From positions 1 to 42,461 of IMG/VR virus record IMGVR_UViG_3300005077_000099: 42,461 nucleotides of DNA; one strand, written 5' to 3'. A program made the translations under genes and the position numbers. Below are positions 1-6,373 of this stretch, piece after piece (positions within the stretch are counted from its first letter, which is position 1; each line of letters begins with the position of its first letter). The stretch comes from a virus. The notes under the pieces are model-generated. The model was not told the DNA's origin, ran no database searches, and worked only from the letters and a program-made list of their open reading frames with translations.

Positions 1-99
1 CATGCGTGAGCAAGTTGAAATTGAACTACCATCTGTGCAACAATATTCAAGTTTATTAATACAACTTAATGCCATTTTCTTAATCTTTGATTTTTTCAT
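1..99. repeat. Terminal overlap. Bases 1-99 are identical to 42363-42461, so the contig closes on itself (unique length 42362 bp).
   Basis: Read directly: both copies run catgcgtgagcaagttgaaattgaac...cttaatctttgattttttcat. The copy at 1-99 is the first 33 codons (minus strand) of the gene at 42201..42461. Confidence 0.9.
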
Positions 100-153
100 A
101 TTTTATCCCAAAAACCGTATAAAACGATTTTATCCTAAAATTAGTATAATTTT

Positions 154-339
154 TTACTGTAACCTTATCTGACTAGTGACCTGATCCTTTACCCTACTCC
201 ATGAATCCATGGTTATATAGATAGCAAAATTGGGAAATTTCAAGACTATATCTTTCTTATTACCCATAGAAATATATTCAACCAAGTTAAAGTTCACGTA
301 AATGGCTTTACCTGTAACGTCCTCTACTCTAAAAAACAT
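154..339 (-). CDS. Hypothetical early protein (61 aa from ATG 339; ORF track gives 154..357)
   Basis: ATG at 339 lies 1 nt after the stop of the upstream helicase gene. GGAG lies 7 nt upstream. It is co-directional with the tight operon. Confidence 0.55.
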   Translation of the reverse strand: MFFRVEDVTGKAIYVNFNLVEYISMGNKKDIVLKFPNFAIYITMDSWSRVKDQVTSQIRLQ

Positions 340-340
340 A

Positions 341-1921
341 TTAAAACTCCAGATCATCTAAATTAATTTTTTCATCTTCTGAATTACCGCCATCTTCTTC
401 TTTCTTAGGGCAGTATTTAGGACTTACCTTTATATATCTTTCGCCTCTATGTTTTCTAGTAACATAACCATAAGTCTCTCCATCCCTATCTCTATGGGTT
501 TCTAAGAATAGAGTAACCTTAGCATGACCTGTCCCTCTTAATTCATCAGATATAGAAGCCAAGTCAATTTCTTCGTACTCACATGACTCTATTATCTCTA
601 ATAAATTCTTTTGCCATAGCTTCAAAGACTTCTCGACTAGATCATAAAAGGCCCTAGACTTATAAGGTTGCTTATCGTCGAATTTAGGACTTTTCCCATG
701 CTTAAGGATGTAATGCCCTATAGCTCCAATAAACTCTTCATCGTTCTCTATTCTATCCACTAACTGATCCATCCATTCCACGCCTAAAACGTGTTCAATC
801 TTTTGATCGGAGTCATTTAGGATAGGAACAGAGTACCTTCTATCATCATATGTTACATGGTTAGTTCTATCTAAGTTATTTGTAATTATATAGCTACAAT
901 AGTTTTGGGTATAGATAGGCTCAAGTCCCTTGGCTTCAATTGAAATATAGGCATTCGTTAAAGCCTTAACCTTAGATAAATGCTCCTCTTCTATAATCGA
1001 TTCATCAAAGAAAGCTAATCTCTTATGTAATAGCTCCCCATTAAATCTACCTTCCCAAAAGGACGGAGATATAATCGTGTAGTTTTCTACTCCCACGAGC
1101 TTTGACATAATGTCTACAATAGTCCCCTTCCCTACACCTTGCTTACCATGGAGTAATAGATAGCATTGATTTCTTCCTGTTATCATGTGATACATCCAGC
1201 TAAGGACATACTCTTGACACAATGGATTAGGGAAGATGTGCTTAACTAATTTAATAAAGTCCGCTGGCACTGGCTTATCTTTACCTATTCCGTACTTTCT
1301 CCAATTAGGTGTCTTATGGGCATTGACGTGTAAAACATTCTCTTGCCCTGAAACTTCCTTATAAGATATTTCAGATACATCATAGGGGTCATATTTAACC
1401 ACTGCCGATTGACTTGAAGCTAGTAAAACTTTCTTCTCTTCATTAGGTCTAGTTTGTACATATTTATACCATCCCTCATAAGTCGCCCTATAATCAATTT
1501 CTTCTGTTTTAATATTGAACATTACACTTTCTTTAGTTCTAATATCATTGATAGGTATATGGTTAGACCAATCAAAAGAATTTTGAACCATCTTAGTAGT
1601 ATCTGCTTTTGTTAATTTTTCCTTGGCTTCTTTGCTTACAATGCTTTTTAAATGACTAAAAATTTTATCGCATATTATCTCAATAGCGACTTCCTCAGAG
1701 CATGACTTCTCTTTTCTAATATCCTCAATTATTCCGTAAAATTCTACCTTACCGCAATGAGACGCAATGACATCAATTTCCTTTTTAATCTTATCTAGAA
1801 ATTGTCTTGAATTAAAAGACTTTGAACCAAGCTTGATCCTATCAGAGCCAGCGTCCTTTATTTCATATGTGCTACTAATGTAATGAATAATACTTGAGAA
1901 TACTTTCTTTGCGTCTTTCAT
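341..1921 (-). CDS. D5/VirE-like SF3 replicative helicase (possible primase-helicase; N-terminal ~230 aa unassigned)
   Basis: Walker A LLLHGKQGVGKGT and Walker B-like RLAFFDES sit in the C-terminal half. RBS AAGGGG lies 5 nt before the ATG. The acidic tail ends NLDDLEF. Confidence 0.7.
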   Translation of the reverse strand: MKDAKKVFSSIIHYISSTYEIKDAGSDRIKLGSKSFNSRQFLDKIKKEIDVIASHCGKVEFYGIIEDIRKEKSCSEEVAIEIICDKIFSHLKSIVSKEAKEKLTKADTTKMVQNSFDWSNHIPINDIRTKESVMFNIKTEEIDYRATYEGWYKYVQTRPNEEKKVLLASSQSAVVKYDPYDVSEISYKEVSGQENVLHVNAHKTPNWRKYGIGKDKPVPADFIKLVKHIFPNPLCQEYVLSWMYHMITGRNQCYLLLHGKQGVGKGTIVDIMSKLVGVENYTIISPSFWEGRFNGELLHKRLAFFDESIIEEEHLSKVKALTNAYISIEAKGLEPIYTQNYCSYIITNNLDRTNHVTYDDRRYSVPILNDSDQKIEHVLGVEWMDQLVDRIENDEEFIGAIGHYILKHGKSPKFDDKQPYKSRAFYDLVEKSLKLWQKNLLEIIESCEYEEIDLASISDELRGTGHAKVTLFLETHRDRDGETYGYVTRKHRGERYIKVSPKYCPKKEEDGGNSEDEKINLDDLEF

Positions 1922-1987
1922 ACCATCCCCTTTTCGTTCGTAATGAAAGTATAAATTTTTTTTGATCCATAATAACCTACCTTTTTA

Positions 1988-2016
1988 TTGACTTAACTGT
2001 CAACAGGAAAAATAAT
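1988..2016 (+). promoter_or_regulatory. Sigma70-like promoter candidate (TTGACT-17-AATAAT)
   Basis: -35 TTGACT at 1988-1993, 17-nt spacer, -10 AATAAT at 2011-2016. The -35 is part of the palindrome TTGACttaactGTCAA. Confidence 0.4.
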
Positions 2017-2134
2017 AATTTTTTTATGCTAATTTCTCCTGCTTGACTTTTTATAAGGTCAAAAGTTGGGCACACTCTGCGTTAAAAACTTAAGAAAAAT
2101 TAAGGAAAATTTTTTCTCAAAAAAGTACCGTGTT

Positions 2135-2178
2135 TATGGGAGCGCAACACTCGAAAAAAAGCGCTCCCATAGTTTTTT
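2135..2178 (+). terminator. Rho-independent terminator-like hairpin
   Basis: The 11-bp perfect stem tatgggagcgc / gcgctcccata has a 15-nt loop and is followed by gtttttt. The T-tract is present only on the + strand. Confidence 0.6.
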
Positions 2179-2502
2179 ATAAACCATTATTATTTTTTTA
2201 TTTTTTTATTTTCAATGAAAACTTTTTTGAGACGGATTTTTGAATTTCTGTGGGAGCAAAAAGCCAATTATCTGGTACTTAATGCATTGTCTAATTTGTC
2301 GCATATTGTCTAAAAACGTGATATCAATTACTTAGACATACTAAAAATCGTTATTTTTTCGACTTTTTTCGTCTTATAGTATTTTTATCTAGTTTCTATG
2401 GGAGCAAAATACATATTTTCAATTACTTATCGTTTTTTAGCTCCCAAAATAGCTAAAATTACCGCTCTAAAATATTATACCATAGTTGTGGGCATAAGTG
2501 AA

Positions 2503-2532
2503 TTGACTTGTCAATAGGGTATTATGTATAAA
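2503..2532 (+). promoter_or_regulatory. Promoter candidate for the HNH gene (TTGACT-18-TATAAA); predicts a leaderless mRNA
   Basis: -35 at 2503-2508 and -10 at 2527-2532. The expected +1, 7 nt after the -10, is 2539, the A of the ATG. No SD lies upstream. Confidence 0.4.
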
Positions 2533-2538
2533 TAAGTA

Positions 2539-2907
2539 ATGAAGCTATCAAAGAAAGATATTAATGAGATAAGGGGCGCTTTAAGGCAAGCTTTTCATAG
2601 GTCAGAATACTATAGGGCTTTTTTAGAGTCTAAAACTTATTCTAAGCCAAGATACAAGAAAGACGGTACTCGCCATAAGGTGGATAATAAATGCGTAATA
2701 TGCGCTAATTGTGGCGGTGAATATCTAAGGGATAGTATCAATATTGATCATATAGAGCGCATAGGGTCTTTTAATAATTTAGATGAATGCCAAGATTTTA
2801 TTAATAAGCTCTATTGTGATTATTCTAATTTGCAAGTTTTATGTTTCGGATGTCATGAAGAAAAGACGGCCAAAGAAAATACCTTGGCACGTCTTAACTT
2901 GGATTAA
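2539..2907 (+). CDS. HNH endonuclease
   Basis: CVICANCGG ... NIDHIERIG ... NLQVLCFGCHEEKT shows H-N-H flanked by two CxxC pairs. This is the only + strand gene inside the leftward arm. Confidence 0.85.
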   Translation: MKLSKKDINEIRGALRQAFHRSEYYRAFLESKTYSKPRYKKDGTRHKVDNKCVICANCGGEYLRDSINIDHIERIGSFNNLDECQDFINKLYCDYSNLQVLCFGCHEEKTAKENTLARLNLD

Positions 2908-3074
2908 TTTTCTTCTATAATACATTTTGTCATGTTTTCACGTATCAATAACTCATTTTGTTGCGCTATTTTAAAAACGCCCTCAATATTCTTTTGAAGT
3001 ATATTTCCTATTTTAATAACGGCTAGCCATAAGGTTAATATAAGAGCAAATAGGGTAAATGTTTTAGTATCCAT
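2904..3074 (-). CDS. Small membrane protein, 56 aa (below the ORF-track cutoff)
   Basis: My translation is MDTKTFTLFALILTLWLAVIKIGNILQKNIEGVFKIAQQNELLIRENMTKCIIEEN, with an N-terminal TM helix. AGGTG lies 3 nt before the ATG. It overlaps the stop of the upstream lipoprotein gene. Confidence 0.4.
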   Translation of the reverse strand: MDTKTFTLFALILTLWLAVIKIGNILQKNIEGVFKIAQQNELLIRENMTKCIIEEN

Positions 3075-3321
3075 AAGCACCTAAGCAACGGTTATAGCTA
3101 TTAAAACAGTATTGATTGTAAAAAGCGCGATAACCTAGCCTATAGTTAGGGAACGGCTCTGGACGCGAGTAGTGTATAACACAATTGGCATTATACGCTT
3201 GTTGATAGCACTCGGCATAGACGTTTTGTGTAGCTTGTCTATTGTCGTGATGTCTTACACGCTTACCACATGAAGTTGATAGTAAAGTGACTAGTAGTAA
3301 TACTTTTGTTACGCTTTGCAT
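3064..3321 (-). CDS. Cys-rich secreted or lipoprotein-like protein (85 aa)
   Basis: The N-terminus MQSVTKVLLLVTLLSTSCGK shows a signal peptide with a lipobox-like LSTSC. The mature part has 5 further Cys and many Tyr/Asn. Confidence 0.6.
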   Translation of the reverse strand: MQSVTKVLLLVTLLSTSCGKRVRHHDNRQATQNVYAECYQQAYNANCVIHYSRPEPFPNYRLGYRAFYNQYCFNSYNRCLGAYGY

Positions 3322-3344
3322 AATTTTTCCCCTTTTAGTTTCTA

Positions 3345-3671
3345 TTATTTACTTTTGACAGAATCAGATGCGCACTGCATAAGTTTCTTGTCTAGTTCTG
3401 TTATTAGATTGCCATTAAAGCATTCTATTTTTCTTATGTATTCTCTCATATCTTTAAACCATCCAATATGAGAAGTGAATAATGGCACAAAATAGCCTTG
3501 ATACACGACTCCCATGGTATTATTACCACTAGGTATATCGACATAATATTGAGGCTTTCCTCTTTGATAGATATCGAATTCAAGGTTATTAATATTGACC
3601 TTATACCATGTTTTATGGACGGTTAATGTTTTCGGTTGACTAGGTATAAATGGCAATGACTTAGCTCGCAT
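3345..3671 (-). CDS. Hypothetical early protein (108 aa)
   Basis: Long ORF in a co-directional, overlapping operon. No motif recognised. Confidence 0.6.
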   Translation of the reverse strand: MRAKSLPFIPSQPKTLTVHKTWYKVNINNLEFDIYQRGKPQYYVDIPSGNNTMGVVYQGYFVPLFTSHIGWFKDMREYIRKIECFNGNLITELDKKLMQCASDSVKSK

Positions 3672-3924
3672 TTTTCTTTACTCCCTTTAAATGTTTTCCC
3701 ATTACTTTATGATAGCACGTTCTACAATATTGTGTATTAGTGAATGCATAGACTAGCTTCTCATTAGCGCATGACTCGCATTTAGATATATTAAAATATC
3801 TATATGGGTGAGTTTTACGTCTATTATCGAATGCGCATATGGTAAGTTTTCCTCCCCTATCTTTAATTTTTAAAAAGATTAATCCCTTGGCTTCTATTTG
3901 TTGTTTAATTTCTTCAAATTTCAT
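3661..3924 (-). CDS. Hypothetical Cys-rich (zinc-ribbon-like) protein (87 aa)
   Basis: Shows KCESC ... CRTC cysteine pairs. It overlaps both neighbours, consistent with coupling. Confidence 0.55.
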   Translation of the reverse strand: MKFEEIKQQIEAKGLIFLKIKDRGGKLTICAFDNRRKTHPYRYFNISKCESCANEKLVYAFTNTQYCRTCYHKVMGKHLKGVKKNAS

Positions 3925-4205
3925 AATAAGTCTATGTCCCTTGTTGGTAATTCTAAATTGCTATCGTCTTTTATATGCGCCATTTTATAGATAAGAGTAT
4001 TAATCTTTTCTTGCGCTGATATTCTCTTATGACTAGATAATTCAAGGTTAGTGGCATTGAACCATAGCCCTAGTATGTAGTCTTGAAATTGAGAGAAATT
4101 ATCTATATCGATTAAAAGATTATTCTTAGTTATTTCATCTTCACATTCTCTATGGCCAGCATAAAAGCCAGCATTGAACCCCTCATCGTATAAATAGTTT
4201 GACAT
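3921..4205 (-). CDS. Hypothetical early protein (94 aa)
   Basis: ORF in operon context with a 4-nt overlap to the downstream gene. Confidence 0.6.
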   Translation of the reverse strand: MSNYLYDEGFNAGFYAGHRECEDEITKNNLLIDIDNFSQFQDYILGLWFNATNLELSSHKRISAQEKINTLIYKMAHIKDDSNLELPTRDIDLL

Positions 4206-4219
4206 ATTATTTCCTTTTG

Positions 4220-4807
4220 TTAGTGGATAATTAATCCTATTTTATGGTTAGTTGATTGCCATGCCACGGTATCGTCTTGACTTGCGTCAACGTATCCAGC
4301 ATTTATTAATTGTTCTTGGCTTTTAAAGATAAAGCTATGTCTATCTGTTTTAAGGTCGATATGCCTATCTTCATTACCGCCTAGGGAATATATGACGATG
4401 AAATTGTCGGGCAATAATCCCTCAAATTGATAAGATTTAAGCAATGTTACACGCTTAGTATAGCAATAGAATATTTTATCAGGCATTGACTCGGCAATTG
4501 ATATCCATTTATTTAGGTATTTTTTATTATAGAAGTCACCCGAGTCATGTATCCTTACTGCCTTTAATTTACGTATTTTTGATAATTCTTTAAAAGCCAA
4601 TTGAGGGAAAGTATCGAGTTTTGTGCATTGATAGCGGTATTCATAAGCTTGTTTTACTATAGGCCATGCATATGCGCCTTTATTGGCATAACAAAAAGAC
4701 TTGCATAGCTTTGCCATAGGGCACGTTTTTAATGCTGGAATACCAAAGTTAACAGTATAAACGCTTGCCTTAGCTAGCTTAGAGTTTCTAGTAAATAGTT
4801 TAGTCAT
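4220..4807 (-). CDS. Hypothetical Cys-cluster protein (195 aa); possibly the phage GP88-like family, recalled from memory
   Basis: N-terminal TCPMAKLCKSFCYANKG forms a CX5CX3C cluster, followed by RIHDSGDF. RBS AAGGAA is upstream. Confidence 0.55.
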   Translation of the reverse strand: MTKLFTRNSKLAKASVYTVNFGIPALKTCPMAKLCKSFCYANKGAYAWPIVKQAYEYRYQCTKLDTFPQLAFKELSKIRKLKAVRIHDSGDFYNKKYLNKWISIAESMPDKIFYCYTKRVTLLKSYQFEGLLPDNFIVIYSLGGNEDRHIDLKTDRHSFIFKSQEQLINAGYVDASQDDTVAWQSTNHKIGLIIH

Positions 4808-4822
4808 GGTTATATTCCTTTT

Positions 4823-5170
4823 TTAAAATGCGTAATTGTCTTGTTTCTCGATTAGTTCATCAATGATTGTCCCTAGTTCGTCAAAGTAAATACCCTTTAC
4901 TTGCTTTTTAGGTATAATCTTATGTTTTCTTAAATGCCCTAAAGTTAGTGTATAGGTATCACTAGGCTCTAGGGTAATTAGGACATGACCTTTAAACTTC
5001 ATGCCACTAACTAAGAAGAGTAGGCCGCCATAATAGAAATTAGCGTCTTTGTCCCCTATATCTATTTGATTTTCACCTATTGCCCGATAATTCCTTGCGC
5101 CCCATGACCATATTACTGGCATGGGAACGCTGGCAAACATTTGTTTTCTTATTGTAATAGCTATATGCAT
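4823..5170 (-). CDS. Hypothetical early protein (115 aa)
   Basis: ORF in operon context. No motif recognised. Confidence 0.6.
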   Translation of the reverse strand: MHIAITIRKQMFASVPMPVIWSWGARNYRAIGENQIDIGDKDANFYYGGLLFLVSGMKFKGHVLITLEPSDTYTLTLGHLRKHKIIPKKQVKGIYFDELGTIIDELIEKQDNYAF

Positions 5171-5171
5171 C

Positions 5172-5471
5172 TTATACCGCCTTTTGAATTTTAATGATAT
5201 TAACGTTAGTGACTGTTTTAAATTCAGTATTATCTAGATTGACTTTAGTAAAATAGGTATCAAGCTTTTTAGCATTGTAAGTTGATCTAGATTGTTCATG
5301 TTTTGAAATTGTAATGGCAGTATTCACTAATAGACTTTGACCAGTACCGATTAGATTAGAGAAATAGTCTTTTAATTCCTTTTCTCTTTGTGTTAATAGT
5401 TTTAACTCTTCTCTTACTGCCAGTAGTTCTTCGGCTAGTTCAATGTTAAGTCTAGTTTTTGTGGTTTTCAT
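5172..5471 (-). CDS. Hypothetical coiled-coil protein (99 aa); first gene of the leftward arm
   Basis: RBS AAGGA precedes the ATG at 5471. It lies downstream of the leftward promoter candidate. Confidence 0.6.
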   Translation of the reverse strand: MKTTKTRLNIELAEELLAVREELKLLTQREKELKDYFSNLIGTGQSLLVNTAITISKHEQSRSTYNAKKLDTYFTKVNLDNTEFKTVTNVNIIKIQKAV

Positions 5472-5497
5472 TCGTTCTTTCCTTTTGTTGTTTGTTG

Positions 5498-5516
5498 TTA
5501 ATCAATGAATGATTAA
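5498..5516. promoter_or_regulatory. Palindromic operator candidate TTAATCA-N5-TGATTAA
   Basis: Perfect 7-bp inverted arms that overlap the -10 of the leftward promoter. Confidence 0.4.
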
Positions 5517-5541
5517 TAACTTTTGTTGTTTAAACTGTCAA
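5513..5541 (-). promoter_or_regulatory. Leftward (early arm) sigma70-like promoter, TTGACA-17-TATTAA
   Basis: The minus strand reads cttgTTGACAgtttaaacaacaaaagtTATTAA. It lies about 35 nt upstream of the 5471 start. Confidence 0.55.
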
Positions 5542-5612
5542 CAAGTTATTTATTATTTTTGAATTATTTTTAATTTCTTAGTATTTTAGTATATTTATGA
5601 TATTGGCTTTGT

Positions 5613-5641
5613 TTGCACATTATAAAAGTTGTGTATATAAT
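5613..5641 (+). promoter_or_regulatory. Rightward sigma70-like promoter, TTGCAC-17-TATAAT
   Basis: Consensus -10 and a 5/6 -35 with a 17-nt spacer. It lies inside the N-terminal extension of the ORF-track call 5597..6241. Confidence 0.6.
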
Positions 5642-5668
5642 AAAGAGAGAAGTACGGGGTTGAGACTA

Positions 5669-6241
5669 ATGGCAAAGAATATTTTTAAATTTAATTTAGT
5701 GGTAAGAAGTAGGATCCTTGAATTATGCTATAAAGGATACACTTTAGGGCAAATAGCTGATTTCCTTGGCATTCATAGGAATACTATATCAAAATGGAAA
5801 CATACGCAAGTAGGATTATCGGAAGCTATGACTAAGGCTTTTAATGATGGAATGCGTGACTTAGCTTATCGTGGTCACATTGCGTTAGCTCAAGGTGTTA
5901 AGACAACAGAGACAATAAGGGAATATATAGAAGAGGACGCATCGGGTCGAATGATTAAGGTTAAAGATAAGGAAATTAACCATGCGCCTAGTCAATCTGC
6001 CCTTAAGATTCTAGCTAAGAATTATGCGCCTGAACTCGACACGATTAATAATGAAAGTACTATTAACGTACTAAGCGTAGACTCTATGAGTTATAAAGAA
6101 CTAATAGAGTACAATGCTAAGCACAATCCTTTAGACTCTATTGACGCAACGTATAGTGAAGTAGAGTCGGGTGAGATTCTTAGTGGTAAGCTTAGTGGTA
6201 AGCTTAGTGGTACCCCCCTACAAGAGAAAGAAGAAGAGTGA
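5669..6241 (+). CDS. HTH DNA-binding protein; small terminase subunit candidate
   Basis: The HTH is YTLGQIADFLGIHRNTISKWK. It is the first gene of the arm, upstream of the large terminase. I moved the start to ATG 5669 (MAKNIF...) because the promoter at 5613-5641 lies upstream of it. The C-terminus carries an SGKLSGKLSG repeat. Confidence 0.5.
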   Translation: MAKNIFKFNLVVRSRILELCYKGYTLGQIADFLGIHRNTISKWKHTQVGLSEAMTKAFNDGMRDLAYRGHIALAQGVKTTETIREYIEEDASGRMIKVKDKEINHAPSQSALKILAKNYAPELDTINNESTINVLSVDSMSYKELIEYNAKHNPLDSIDATYSEVESGEILSGKLSGKLSGTPLQEKEEE

Positions 6242-6256
6242 ATGTATCTCAGAGAC

Positions 6257-6361
6257 CCATACGAATTTTTCATATTTTTTGATAAACTTGTTGACTCTTT
6301 GACAACACCACCCCACGAATTTTTCATATTTTTTTGTAAGCTTGTTGAGTGTTTAACAACA
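6257..6361 (+). repeat. Tandem pair of 47-bp elements (54-bp period) directly upstream of the first late gene
   Basis: 6261-6307 and 6315-6361 match at 41 of 47 positions with no gaps. Each is ACGAATTTTTCATATTTTTT plus the inverted repeat TGTTG-N9-CAACA. Confidence 0.85.
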
Positions 6362-6373
6362 TAGGAGACCTAG

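Larger units (their letters stand above)
1922..2538. promoter_or_regulatory. Repeat-dense 617-bp noncoding region; candidate replication origin or regulatory hub
   Basis: No ORF of note. The TGGGAGC core occurs at 2137, 2251 and 2399 (+) and inverted at 2163 and 2440. An 85 percent-plus AT stretch spans 2173-2232. TTGTC is phased at 2287/2296/2306. ATTGTCTAA occurs twice and TCAATTACTTA twice. Confidence 0.5.

Noticed and set aside
100-153. Direct repeat attttatccYaaaa (100-114 and 127-140) between two early genes
   Set aside because: Each copy resembles a -10 (gataaaat on the minus strand), but the second ends at the ATG and there is no matching -35. I could not build a consistent promoter or operator model.
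5597-5668. N-terminal 24 codons of the ORF-track call 5597..6241
   Set aside because: This stretch contains a near-consensus promoter (TTGCAC-17-TATAAT) and has no RBS at 5597. ATG 5669 is the more likely start.
6179-6212. 12-bp tandem repeat cttagtggtaag (2.8 copies)
   Set aside because: It simply encodes the SGKLSGKLSG tail of the HTH protein. It is too short to interpret further.
6091-6327. 78-aa minus-strand ORF across the end of the HTH/TerS-like gene and the tandem 47-bp elements
   Set aside because: It runs antisense to the arm and has no RBS. Its reading is created by the duplicated element, each copy of which supplies ATGAAAAATTCG, and by the SGKL repeat on the other strand.
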